This document shows, in pieces, positions 41,617 to 54,268 of a stretch of 64,000 nucleotides of DNA. Below the pieces are notes generated by a model that saw only the letters and a list, made by a program, of their open reading frames with translations, ran no database searches and was not told the origin of the DNA. Within the stretch, counting starts at the first letter, position 1. Every line of letters begins with the position of its first letter. The stretch is from Octopus vulgaris (lineage: Eukaryota). A program made the translations under genes and the position numbers. The stretch lies in assembly GCA_951406725.2 (NCBI GenBank), contig OX597819.1, positions 4,650,001 to 4,714,000 of the forward strand, in the 5' to 3' direction.

Positions 41617-42403
41617 AACGGCAGATGTCAACACAACTTCTAGTTAACTAAACACTTTTAAACTTCGTATACTGGTAGAATGTGTTTATAAAACATCATT
41701 TTTTTCTTGGCTTTATTGAGAAGATTCTATATGTTGTAACATATTTCCACTTTAAAATCGAGCATTTCGGCAATTTTAACCAATCGCTTACCTCCTTTTG
41801 GGGTGAAAAGATTCCGTACTGTATGAATATGTCCCTTATTTAAGAAACAGATAGGGATTATTTACATTTGCGAAGAAAAAAAGATACCCTTCCCCCACCC
41901 CTAACACTAACCCTAATCCTAAAATAGATTGAAATGCAATAGATCGATACTAGGGTCATAATTATGGGTGACAATTTCATACGACACCGCTACGGAAAAT
42001 GGGATTTTTTTCTAGCGGTGTCAAATGAAAATGTCACCCATAATTATGGCCCTAGTATCGATCTATTGCATTTCAATCTATTTTAGGATTAGGGTTAGGG
42101 TTAGGGGTGGGGGAAGGGTATCTTTTTTTCTTCGCAAATGTAAATAATCCCAATCTGTTTCTTAAACAAGGAACATATTCATACAGCACGGAATCTTTTC
42201 ACCCCAAATGGAGGTCAGCGATTGGTTAAAATTGCCGAAATGCTCGAAATTTCAGACGAAATATCTTACAAACTATAGAATTTTCTCAATAAAGCCAAGA
42301 AAAAAATATGTTTTATAAACACATTCTACCAGTATACGAAGTTTAAAAGTGTTTAGTTAACTAGAAATTGTGTTGACATCTGCCGTTCAAAAGGAAAAGA
42401 TCC
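41617..42403. mobile_element. Foldback/MITE-like element with ~375-bp inverted arms containing (TTAGGG)-like repeats
   Basis: 41617-41992 vs 42013-42387 inverted; 20-bp spacer; diverged relative at ~53490-53675. Confidence 0.85.
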
Positions 42404-43032
42404 CAAAGATGAACTAAGGATCAACGCCCGCACCAATGTCTTGGCCTGTGACCTTTATGTTACGCCTCTTTAGATACAGTGCATTATCCTGTATGCAAGT
42501 GAGTGGAGCATCAGTTCTCTTTTCCACTCCTTCTGTCCTCTATCTTAAAAATCGTACGCTTTTCCTCGGTCGATGTCGCAAACATTGTGCCACAAATCGG
42601 TCAAGGCTTACTATATTTCTTTCTTTGAAGGTATATAGAAGTCCTCTCCGCTCTTGGATAAACTGAGTCACTTTTCTTGTCCTTTCCTTGATGTATTTCT
42701 CGGTTATGAATGTATTAGTTTTTGTAACATGTTCTTTTCCGTGTTCTTTTCCGGAAGCCGACCTCCTATGTCGAGTCTCACGCTCTGCTTCGTAATGATA
42801 GAAAAACTTTAATATTACTCTTACTATTGACTTTATTAGGCTCTGTGCTGTTTGTTTCTGGGGCGTAATCGTTGCTTACTAACATTACGAGTAAACCATA
42901 ATTTTTCAGGATACCTAAAAATCAGGCCTTTTCTCTACACTAAGTAAAAAGATAAATGTTCATACGTTTCTTCCTTCAAATAAATTAATTTAAAATCTTT
43001 TTACCGAACTATCTCGATTACTTCAATAAGTG

Positions 43033-43109
<77 letters not shown>

Positions 43110-43110
<1 letters not shown>

Positions 43111-43620
43111 ACTAAGCCATAATTGATGCTATAGAATGCCATGATAAAATGATGTCAAAGAAAGCCCCTACATTGGCCAAGACCGTAAAAAGCTGAACAG
43201 AGTGGAAATAGACAAAGAAAAATTCAAACCCGGCGGAGAAAGGACGTACTTAAAGCAGTGATAGAAGAGTTCTTGATTTTGGTACAAGATCAAAGCCTCC
43301 CAACTAGAGACCACAAAAACATATAATGAAGCAGAATATAGTAGATGCAGAATAAATAAAGACGAAGAAGAAACTATTAACCATATTGTCTTTGGCACCC
43401 AGTCTTAGCCAAGAAAGAATATATCCACGGACGTGACAGAACTTAAACTTAACATTCTCTGGAAGTTATACCAGCCTTATGAAGTACCAACAGAAAAGAG
43501 ATGGCATAAACATATTTCAGACAATATCTCTGAAAATGGTGATGTAATCGTAACCTGGGATATGTCAATATATAGACAAGGAGATCAAAGCTAATCGACC
43601 AGATATTGTTGTCAAGCATA
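43110..43620 (+). mobile_element. Degenerate RLE retrotransposon C-terminal fragment following a (TAG)n tract
   Basis: Patches QDQSLPTR, CRI..DEEETINHIV, KKEYIH, TWDM, RPDIVV. Confidence 0.65.
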
Positions 43621-44750
43621 ACGCAAGTCATTTTGTCCGATTCTCTAACGATTCTGCGAAACTACCACCCTTTATAATAATTTCTAATTTAACTACATAA
43701 TCAGTAATTTGAGGGGAGCAAGTTAGTTGATTACATTTGACTAAGTTAGCAAGATTTGAACTGGGAATATAGAGTTGCAACGAAATAACACAAAGTATTT
43801 AATCCAACGTTTGCTGATCATAGTAAGAATAGTAAGAAGGAGGTTTAAGATAATGATGATGATCATCATAATGATGATAGATTTTTCAGATATCTAAAAA
43901 TGAAGTATACGTGAGCGCATGTGTGTGAGCACGGAATGAGAGAGAGAGAGAGAGACATTATATATTCTTTTTTCATAGCTTTATCAGCAACCTACGACTC
44001 CTGAGTTCTGTGTATGTGTGTCAGCGTGCGCGTGGTCACATATGCGTACACATTAGCTCTTCTCTGTGTGTTGTAAGAGTGAATACTTTGATGTATAAAT
44101 AGTTTAGTGTTGTGCTTTGTGGAACCTTGTAATATTATCAATATATCAAATTTATCTAAAAAGAGAGACATTTTTCAAGTACTAAAAGAAATAATTGAAC
44201 TGATGTTTAATCTCAATAAAAGAGAAAATGAAATATCCTATATTTATCCGTTTTCTTCTCTCTTATAAAGTGTCTTTTTTTTATTTAAGACAATTAATAG
44301 TTAATGGCTCAGACCACCAGGAATAAAGTAGATACCACGGGGGAGGAGAGTCGACAGTAGGAGAGTAAAATAGACCAAATATCCGCAGTGTTGAAATTCA
44401 GCTCTTGTGGGAATAGTTTGGAGGTGGGTGTTGATTTGCACTAGATACACTATAATACAAAAAATACGATACTGCAGCATCCGAATGAATTATATATAAT
44501 AGAGAGGTGAACCCGATTCACACCGGTGCCTCACGAACTAGTTGGTAGCACCATTCTTAAAAGGATTACTGTTTGTTAACTTAATTGCTGAACGAGAGTT
44601 CGGAATAGCTATGTTGTCTAGTCACGCTGCAGAGTCATATGACACTACTCTCCAGGACTGTAGCAAACCAGTTGGTCCTTTAATATTTTGAGGTGAAATG
44701 TCATCAGTTTATACTGCATAAAATTTCTCATTCTAATATTAAATTCGAAA

Positions 44751-44962
44751 TAGGCGGCGAGCTAGCAGGATCGTTAGCACGCCGAGCAAAATGCTTAGCA
44801 GCACTCCGTCCGCCTTTACGTTCAAGTTCTGCCGAGGTCGACTTTGCCTTTCATCCTTTCGACGTCGATAAAATAATTACCAGTTGAGTACTAAGGTTGA
44901 ACTAATCGACTTACCCCCACCTCCTGAAATTACTGACCTTGTGCCAAAATTTGAAGTTGATA
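44751..44962 (+). mobile_element. SINE family A copy
   Basis: AGGCGGCGAGCTAGCAGGATCGTTAGC head and core. Confidence 0.82.
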
Positions 44963-45028
44963 TTAAATTCGAAAGATTGGCAAATTATATTTGCCATGAA
45001 GATAATACTGAAATGTACATTAGATCAT

Positions 45029-45220
45029 AGGCGCAGGAGTGGCTGTGTGGTAAGTAGCTTGTTTACCAACCACATGGTTCCGAGTTCAGTTCCACTGCGT
45101 GGCACCTTGGGCAAGTGTCTTCTACTATAGCCTCGGACCGACCAAAGCCTTGTGAGTGGATTTGGTAGACGGAAACTGAAAGAAGCCCGTCGTATACATG
45201 TATATATATATATATATATA
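45029..45220 (+). mobile_element. SINE family B 5' half ending at its internal (TA)n
   Basis: Head through GAAGCCCGTCGTATA. Confidence 0.85.
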
Positions 45221-46784
45221 CTAGCAGTATCGCCCGGCGTTGCTCGAGTTTGTAAGGGAAATAACTATATAAGCATTTTTAGAGAGTTATAGCCAAAAAA
45301 TGCATTAAAAATTGAAAAAAAATTAAGGTAAATATTTTTTAAATCGTTGACACATCGTAGATATTTTTAGAGAGTTACTTCCCTTATATAAAAGCGAAAA
45401 AATGCATTAAAATGGAAAAATATGATGGTAAATTTTTTTAAATCGTAGACTCATCGTAGACTCATCGTAGACGCACGCTAATACCCAGAAGGGCTCGATA
45501 TGAATCACGTATAAGATACCCGCTTTTGGTTAAACTGCACCGCAAAATGTGGGAGTAGTTAGGAATCTAAATCGTAGGAGACAGACACACAACTTCACTC
45601 TTATATAAAGATGCTTTTTTTTTTCAGTCATAGAGTTAGATTTATGAAGGTCTTCAGTAGAAAATCCTTCGAATTCTGACTCGCTGCTTGATATAATGAA
45701 ATTCGTATCCATTTTTTGTCAGAATTAAAAATTTTGAAAACACAATAGGAACAAATTTCGGAAAAAAATCTCCCATAATTCACGGAATTAAAATTACACT
45801 TCGATTTTTGTACAAAACTGTAGTTGAAGTGTTTACGAAGTATAATACGTGTTTTCACGAATGTACTAAAGAGATTTGCTCTGATATTCTCATTTAAATA
45901 TGAATAGGTAAATTCGGGCGGCTTGGTAACTATATATAAGTGTCGTCTGTTTATACATAAACACTGTTTCATACTGCAATTATATATACATATATCTATA
46001 TATAATATTATATAATAAAATATATACAGAGTAAAATAAAAACCAATTTACCTTTTCTGTCCTCCGTGTGTCTTTGCAAATGTGTTGGAATGATAAGTGA
46101 GTTGTGTTTTTGCGCCTTTTTTACTAATAAAAAACACACACGTGTTTGTATGTAGTTGTATGTGTATGTAGTTGTATGTAGTTGTATATGTATGTGTATG
46201 CGTGTGTGTGAGGAATGACACACACACACTCACGCACGCACACATGTACATCAATGCTTTCGGAGTGATATGTTAAAATATTGAGTTTTCTCGAATTTTG
46301 TCTTAATTGGGGGTGAAATTGAAAGAAATATATTATGGCATGAGCGAATGGAGTACTTTGAAAAATCTTAGGTAAATTCTAATTGAAGAAGTTGTGTGAG
46401 GATTAAATGGTTATGTATTTATTTGTTTCTGTTTGCTGTGTTTTTTTATTTTTTGAGTAGTGGTTTAAACACTTTCAGTTTAGTCTTCCTCAAATCAATC
46501 ACTCTGTCGCTATTTACTTTCATTTTATTCGTTGCCCACTGTGTGTGTGCGTTTGCGTGTGGTGTAAACCAGACTAAGAAAAGCATTTGACACACACACC
46601 AGAATGTGAGTTTTCTGTAAATTTTGCTTAATTGGAGTTTAAATTTTAAAAACTGGACCTGGCATGACGCGATGCATTGTACTCTCAAAAATGCTAGGTA
46701 AATTGTAATTGAAGAAATCCTATATTGTAGATTTGTATAACTCCCAAAGGGAGGCAGATAAAATCTGCCTTTTATAATAAGAGA
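45221..46784 (-). mobile_element. Composite non-autonomous Helitron (~1.56 kb)
   Basis: 5' TCTCTTATTATAAAAGG; internal second TC start at 45611; hairpin + CTAG 3' end; near-identical inverted copy at 57987-59548. Confidence 0.88.
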
Positions 46785-46798
46785 TATATATATATATA

Positions 46799-47067
46799 TC
46801 TTATTATAAAAGGCAGATTTTATCTGCCTCCCTTTGGGAGTTATACAAATCTGCAATATAGGATTTCTTCAATTACAATTTACCTAGCAGTTTTAAGAGT
46901 ACAATGCATCGCGTCATGCCAGGTCCAGTTTTTAAAATTTAAACTCCAGTTAAGCAAAATTTACAGAAAACTCACATTCTGGTGTGTGTGTCAAATGCTT
47001 TTCTTAGTCTGCTTTACACCACACGCAAACGCACACACACAGTGGGCAACGAATAAAACGAAAGTAA
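46799..47067 (+). mobile_element. Helitron 5' module (~270 bp), head-to-head with the previous element
   Basis: TCTTATTATAAAAGGCAG.. forms a palindrome with 46515-46782 around (TA)n. Confidence 0.8.
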
Positions 47068-47249
47068 TTCACTTACTGTAGTGAGTGATTCTTTCACTCT
47101 GCCTCCCACTTCCTCTTTCCACACATACACACGCAAATATATAAATAAAATTGTAAGCTAACGTGCGTGTGTGTGAGTGTGTGTGTGTGTGTGTGTGTGC
47201 GCGTGTGTGTGTGTGTGAGGGTGAACATAACACCAAAGCAGAGAATGTA

Positions 47250-47470
47250 TTCTTTTATTCTTCTGCTTTTTCCAGCCATTGGTCTGTGGCCATGCTGGGG
47301 CAATGCCTTGAAGAATTGTAGTTTAATGAATCAACTCCAGTTTTATTTTTGTAAGCATTGTACTTATTCTATTTGTTTCCTTTGTCAAACCACTAGGTGA
47401 CAGGGGTGTAAACAAACCAACATTCGTTGTCAAGCAGTGGTGGAGGACAATCACAAGCACAGACACGCAC
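47250..47470 (-). mobile_element. Degenerate SINE family B 3' half
   Basis: GTGGCCATGCTGGGG..GTTGTCAAGCAGTGG. Confidence 0.65.
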
Positions 47471-47509
47471 ACACACACACATACATGCATACACATATAC
47501 ACACATACA

Positions 47510-47545
<36 letters not shown>

Positions 47546-47563
47546 TATGTGTGTATATATATA

Positions 47564-47822
47564 TTGCAGCGTGGAAGGTGTTTGTAAGCCATTTAAGAAA
47601 CACACAAAAACCGTTACATTCACTTCAACATTTAAATTTAATTTGCCAAAATATTTTCGTCGCTTTGAGACCGCGACCTGTTCACTGACAAAAATATCGT
47701 GCTAACAGGTCGCGGTCTCAAAGCGACGAAAATATTTTGACAAATTAAATTTAAATGTTGAAGTGAATCTAACGGTTTTTGTGTGTTTCTTAAATGGCTT
47801 ATAAACACCTTCAACGCTGCAA
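47564..47822. repeat. 119-bp-arm palindrome between (TA)n tracts, Penelope-end-like
   Basis: 47564-47682 vs 47704-47822 inverted. Confidence 0.88.
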
Positions 47823-47988
47823 CTGTTTTCGTTCCAGCACACGATCTCAGATCAAGTCACTTGCTATGCAAGTACATCTCTGTAACTATATATATATTTA
47901 TATATATATATATATATATGTATATTGGTAAAAACAGTAAGATAACAAAAGAAAGAAAGAGACCTCAATATTATGTAAATAGAGGAAA

Positions 47989-48382
47989 TTTTTATATATA
48001 AAAGTGAGGTTGTGTGTCTGTCTCCTACGATTTAGATTCCTAACTACTCCCACATTTTGCGGTGCAGTTTAACCAAAACCGGGTATCTTATAGTCGTGAT
48101 TCATATCGAGACCGTCTGGGTATTAGCGCGCGTCTACGATGAGTCTACGATTTAAAAAAAATTTACCATCAATTTTTCCCATTTTTAATCCATTTTTGAC
48201 ATATATAAGGGAAGTAACTCTCTAAAATTTATTATTAAATCTCAGAACGTAAAAAGCTACAGTAACACCCCTCCCCCTTTGTGGTTAGCCATATTGAGAT
48301 GGCTATTATACTTTACATCTCTAAAAATGCTTATATAATTATTTCCCTTACAAACCCGAGCAACGCCGGGCGATACTGCTAG
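47989..48382 (+). mobile_element. Non-autonomous Helitron short form
   Basis: Near-identical to 34482-34877; hairpin + CTAG. Confidence 0.85.
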
Positions 48383-48651
48383 TCTTATTATAAAAGGCAG
48401 ATTTTATCTGCCTCCCTTTGGGAGTTATACAAATCTACAATATAGGATTTCTTCAATTACAATTTACCTTGCATTTTTAAGAGTACAATGCATCGCGTCA
48501 TGCCAGGTCCAGTTTTTAAAATTTAAACTCCAATTAAGCAAAATTTACAGAAAACTCACATTCTGGTGTGTGTGTCAAATGCTTTTCTTAGTCTGGTTTA
48601 CACCACACGCAAACGCACACACACAGTGGGCAACGAATAAAGTGAAACTAG
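48383..48651 (+). mobile_element. Helitron 5' module joined directly after CTAG
   Basis: Junction GATACTGCTAG|TCTTATTATAAAAGG. Confidence 0.8.
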
Positions 48652-49247
48652 ATGTAATATTTGTTTCTCTCTATCACGCTGATAGATACATGAGTAAAAT
48701 GTATGGGAAGCTAACACATAAGTGTGAGTGAAAATGTTCTTGGAAGAGAGTAAATAGCCAGAGGTAGTGATTTGACGAAGACTTTACATTAAATAACCGT
48801 AGTGGCTTGTGTTAGTAATAAAGTAAACATACACTCATACATACATACATACATACATACATACATACACACACACATACACACACACATACATACATAC
48901 ACACACACATATATATACATACACACATACATACATACATACATATACATACATACATACATATACATACATACATACACACACACACACATACACACAC
49001 ACACAGTATTGAAGCTTGAGAACAATCAGATACATTTGCAACACATCTGTTGAAAATATTATTGTTCACACACATACATATACATATATACATACAGACA
49101 GACAGACAGATAGACACACACACACACATGATCCAGCATGGCCACAACCTCAAGGCTGAAACATATAAAAGAATAACAGAATATAAATGTGTGCATGTGT
49201 GTGAGAGAGAGAGTGTGTGTGTGTATATGTATGTATGTATATATATA

Positions 49248-49815
49248 TAATAATGCGGTTTTTTCAACAGCTTGAACTAAAAGTCAGAGGGGAATGGGAT
49301 AAACTACTTATATTAACTTGCTATAAAAGCAGGTAGTAATTTTATCTTGTCCTTATTCATAGTGCAAGTTTTGAAGAGTGCATTTCGATTTTAACAGCTA
49401 TTTGGCATATTTTGCATATTTTGCTTTATGAGTTCAATAAAGACAACAACGCAACGGAAAGTACAAGAAATATTAATGCAGTATATGGGGATTGGACAAT
49501 AAGCGTAAGGCAGTGTCAATGGTGGTTCCAGAAATTCCGAGCCATAAACTACAGCCTAGAAGACGAGCCTCATCCTGAAAGATCTGTAGAACTCGACAAG
49601 GACATCCTGAAAACCCTGGTGGAACAAAATCTCATCGTAACTGTTGAGGAACTAGCAGAGAAGCTTGGATTTGGTCATTCAACCATTCATTGAGACCTGT
49701 GTGCTATCGGAAAAGTCAGCAAATTGGGTCAATGGGTTCCTCACGAACTTTCCGAGTCTAATTGCATGCAGAGAGTGAATGTATGCTTTTCTTTGCTGTC
49801 ACATCTCACCACTAC
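49248..49815 (+). mobile_element. Mariner transposase 5' relic (HTH region to WVPHEL), truncated next to a Helitron
   Basis: HILLYEFNK..NATESTRNINAVYG..CQWWFQKFR..SLEDEP..ELAEKLG, then WVPHEL. Confidence 0.85.
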
Positions 49816-49828
49816 TGCGCTATGTATA

Positions 49829-50465
49829 TCTATATATATAAAACTGTAGTTGTGTGAGTGTCTGTCCCCTTCGATTTAGATTCCTAACTACTCCCACATT
49901 TTGCGGTGCAGTTTAACCAAATTCGGGTAGCTTATAGTCGTGATTCATATCGAGCCCGTCTGAGTATTAGCGTGCGTCTACGATGAGTCTACGATTTTAA
50001 AAATAATTTAACATCATTTTTTATTCCATTTTAATGCATAATTTTTCGTGTGTCGATGGCGGCGGAGTTGGCGTCCACGCTCACACCTGCACCTGTGGGG
50101 AAGGGAGTGTAAGGAAATCAACGTCGTAATGCGTTGTCAAGGAGACCAGCGTTCTTTTAGAACAACGACTTCATGGCTTGAAGACACCAAAATAGAAATG
50201 GCTAAGAAAGCGTCTACATGAGTCTACGATTTAAAAAAAAATTTACCATCGTTTTCTTTCCATTTTAATGCATTTTTTTGCTATTATATAAGGGAAGTAA
50301 CTCTCTAAAAATGTCTACGATGAGTCAACGATTTCTAAAAAAATTTACCATCATATTTTTTCCATTTTTAATGCATTTTTTGCTATTTTTTGGCTATAAC
50401 TCTCTAAAAATGCTTATATAGTTATTTCCCTTACAAACCCGAGCAACGCCGGGCGATACTGCTAG
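49829..50465 (+). mobile_element. Helitron short-form variant with ~175-bp extra internal segment
   Basis: TC start, hairpin + CTAG; insert at ~50040-50215 absent from other copies. Confidence 0.82.
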
Positions 50466-50705
50466 TATATATATATATGCGTGTGTGTGTTTGTGTGTCT
50501 GTGTTTGTCCCTCTAGCATTGCTTGACAACCGATGCTGGTGTGTTTACGTCCCCGTTACTTAGCGGTTCGGCAAAAGACACCGACAGAATAAGTACTGGG
50601 CTTACAAAAGAATAAGTCCCGGGGTCGAGTTGCTCAATGAAAGGCGGTGCTCCAGCATGGCCGCAGTCAAATGACTGAAACAAGTAAAAGAGTAAATGAG
50701 TAAAG
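50466..50705 (+). mobile_element. SINE family B 3' half beginning at internal (TA)n
   Basis: TGTGTTTGTCCCTCTAGCATTGCTTGACAACC..GACTGAAACAAGTAAAAGAG. Confidence 0.85.
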
Positions 50706-50729
50706 AGAGAGAGAGTAATTTGTGTAAAT

Positions 50730-51300
50730 ATAGATGAAAGCATGTAAACATGGATGCGTATGAATCTAATGCGTATCAGTGTAACTGGGTTTGCATACAT
50801 TAATCTCGCCCAAACTTTTCCCGCTTTACTCCTTCCTCGTGCTGTAATCCCCATTCCCTTTTCCTCACCAATACTTTAACCTGTCATCGTAACTGTAACT
50901 ATATGCGTGGGTGTTTGATGTATTATACCATCTTTTATATTGTCCTCTTCCTCCCCGCAATATTTAAACTTGTCACGTTATCTGTATCTCTTTTCGTGGT
51001 TCTACGGCGAATGTATCATCTAATTCCTTCCTCTTTAGAACTTTTATCGTTATTCACACCGCGTTTTTGACTCCTCACCAGCTCACAACATTCCTCTGAT
51101 ATTGCGATTCTGACTCCCATCAAATCAATTGCAAATTCCTTCACTTACCAAAATCCTCGTGCGAATATACTTTTTTCCTTAACGCAGACCACTCTCGGTG
51201 CATTCCAGATGTCATTCAATTTTATTGAATGTTAATAAAACCATAATTTTAACGACGCGATATTTTATGGCCCAATTCATTATCTTTCGAACAGAACCCA
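50730..51300 (-). mobile_element. Possible ancient LINE RT relic
   Basis: RLMYANPVTL resembles LLYADD; other weak RT-like patches. Confidence 0.3.
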
Positions 51301-51505
51301 TACCTAACATATTTTTACCGCAGCGATCCGACAAATAAAAATCTTACAAGCACACCGGTGGCTTAATGTGTGCGTGTGTGTATGTGTGTGGATGATTATA
51401 CGCATGTTTTAGTCTGATTTGCATGCACGCTAACATTATATAAACGAGAGAACACATTGGATAAGATGGAAAAAATATACACGCACACACACACACACGT
51501 ATGTA

Positions 51506-53336
51506 TCTCTATATATATTTAAAACTGAGAATGTGTGTCTGTCTGTATGTTTCCATAAAACTTGAGCACTACACAACCAATTTCATTCAAATTTTACACA
51601 TGCCTTACTTAGGGTCCGGGGAGTGTCATCGGCAAAAAAAAATTAACTTTTTGCTTAGGGCGAGCCCACAGCAATATCATATCTTCTCCACTACAATTCC
51701 CTAAAACTTGAGAACTACACAACCAATTTCATTCAAATTTTACACATGCCTTACTTAGGGTCCATGTAGTTCCATGGGCACAAAAAATGTTCAACGTCTT
51801 GCCTAGAGCGAGCCCATAGCAATATCATATCTTCTCCACTATTTCAGTATTACTTGTTAAAAGTGAAACAGAAACATTTCTCTATTTTATGTCAGATACT
51901 TTCACTTTAACAATAAAAATAATAATAACAATTGAATTATATGTAGTAAGTAATAATTAAAATCAAACTAAAGTATAATATAATCGTAACATAACAAAAG
52001 TAAAAATAGCAATTGGTATAAAATTGCATCAATGACTTGAACTTGAATAAGTGGTTTCACATGAATGGGAATAAATTAAAAATAAAATTAGCGTGCAGAA
52101 ATGGAATAGTAAAATTAAATTAAAGAAAAGACTATTGTTTATAAAGTATACAATGTAGATAAAAAAGAAAATTTGAACACATGGAGGAAATCACCTTCGA
52201 AAAGTGTCTTGGTGCGACTATGAAAGCTTCGAGTCAACGGAGCGTGCAAGGGAGTACTCGATTCGAACTTGCAAAGTGGAAATATTTAATTTTTACCTTT
52301 ATATCTGGGACGTAGGACGTCCAGGAAAAAAATTTTAAAGCCCCCCCCCCCCGAAGTTGAGGTAGGCTGGATTGTAGCCACAAGAGGGAGGACAAGATAC
52401 AATTGATCGAAATTACAAGAGAGTATTTTGAGTATTGTTATCACTAGCGATATCAAGATATAACTTTGTATTTTGTATTTTATGTGTAGATGTATGTATA
52501 TAGATGTACATGTAACATGTACACATATATATACACATATATACATGCACTAGCACTATGATCCGGCAACGACGGGTCTTTAATGCTAGTCGTCTATAAA
52601 GTATACAATGTAGAGAAAAAAGCTTTGAACACCTGGAGGAAAGCACCTTCGAAAAGTGTCTTGGTGCGACTATGAAAGATATCTAACCAGAGGCGGTGAA
52701 TTCGCCACAATAGAAGCAAGGTTCGAGTCAACGGAGCGTGCAAGGGAGTACCCGACTCGAACCTTGCAAAGTGGAAATATTTAATTTTTACCTTTATATC
52801 TGGGACGTAGGACGTCCCGGATAAAAATTAAAAATCCCCCCCCCCCCCCGAAGTAGAGGTAGGCTGGATTGTAGCCACACTTCTATACAAGAGGGAGGAC
52901 AAGATACAATTGATCGAAATTACAAGAAACGGGCTAACAATTCCAGTCTGTTATATATTTTGTGTATTGTTATCACTAGCGATATCAAGATATAACTTTG
53001 TATTTTGTATTTTATGTGTAGATGTATATATATATAGATGTACATGTAATATGTACAGACACGTTAGCGCGCTGGGCGAAATGCTTAGCGGTATTTTGTC
53101 TGTCGTTACGTTCTGAGTTCAAATTTCGCCGAGGTCAACTTTGCCTTTCATCCTTTCGGGGTCGATAAATAAAGTACCAGTTTCGCACTGAGGGCGATAT
53201 AATCGACTCAATCCCTTCGTCTGTCCTTGTTTGTCCCCTCTATGTTTAGCCCCTTGTGGGCAGTAAAGAAATATATATATATATATATACATATATACAT
53301 GCACTATCACCCGGCAACGATGGGTCATAATGCTAG
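51506..53336 (+). mobile_element. Second non-autonomous Helitron family with duplicated 3' end
   Basis: TC start; termini CCGGCAACGACGGG..GCTAG (52589) and CCCGGCAACGATGGG..GCTAG (53336); 52137-52589 repeated in 52590-53336; internal ~145-bp duplication in 51555-51845. Confidence 0.78.
53060..53275 (+). mobile_element. SINE family A nested in the Helitron
   Basis: Core and tail GTGGGCAGTAAAGAAATA. Confidence 0.82.
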
Positions 53337-53821
53337 TTCCCTATAAAAGAACTTTCTATTTTTCTCATCCACCTTTCGTACCTTTTATACTTTTCTCCCG
53401 CCTCTCTCTCTCTCTCTCTCTCTTTCATGACCCAATGACCCGGAAGTTGTTGCTCTTCCATTACTTTCGCAAACAACAGTAACTTTCTTCAGCTGAATAC
53501 ACGTCATTGATTGGTTAAAATTACCTAAATACGACAACTTTAACACGAAATAACTTCTAAGATACAAAATTTTGTCAAAAACGCTAAGAGACACATGCAA
53601 CCAGTATCCGAAGTTTCAAACTGTTTAGTTTAAAATAACTAATTAAAAAATCTGTGACTGAGATTGAAAAGATCCCATGTTCCTGTTACGTGGGCTAAAT
53701 TTCATTTCTAAAAATCTTTTTACGTGTTGTTGTCATTGGAGTGCGGCCATGTTGGGGCACCAGCTTGAAGAATTTTAGTCGCAGAAAAATCAGCATTTTG
53801 AAAAACATATTTTTTTCCATG

Positions 53822-53998
53822 ATTTGTTTCAGTCATTTGACTGCGACCATGCTGGAGCATCGCCTTTAGTCGAGCAAATCGACCCCAAGACTTATTCTAA
53901 CGGTCTCCCTTGCCGAACCACTAGGTTACGGGGACATAAACACAACAGCATCGGCTGTCAAGTGATGCTGGGGGACAAACACAGACACGCACACATAC

Positions 53999-54093
<95 letters not shown>

Positions 54094-54268
54094 TAGATAT
54101 ATACGACGGGCTCCTTTCAGTTTCCATCTACCAAATCCACTCACAAGGCTTTGGTCGGCCCGAGGCTGTAGTAGAAGACACTTGCCCAAGGTGCCACACA
54201 GTGGAACTGAACCCGGAACCATGTGGTTGGTAAGCAAGATACTTACCACACAGCCACTCCTGCACCTA
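53822..54268 (-). mobile_element. SINE family B with expanded (TA)(GATA) interior
   Basis: Reverse complement of family B. Confidence 0.85.

Noticed and set aside
41890-42115. TTAGGG/CCCTAA runs as an interstitial telomere or fusion site
   Set aside because: Only 3-4 imperfect units, embedded symmetrically in the arms of a foldback element
41240-42900. Possible L1/Tx1-like relic flanking the foldback element
   Set aside because: No motif clear enough to support the call by eye
45530-46856. Duplicated 60-136 aa ORFs mirrored at 57945-59241 as a gene pair
   Set aside because: Incidental frames within two copies of a non-autonomous Helitron; no Rep/helicase motifs
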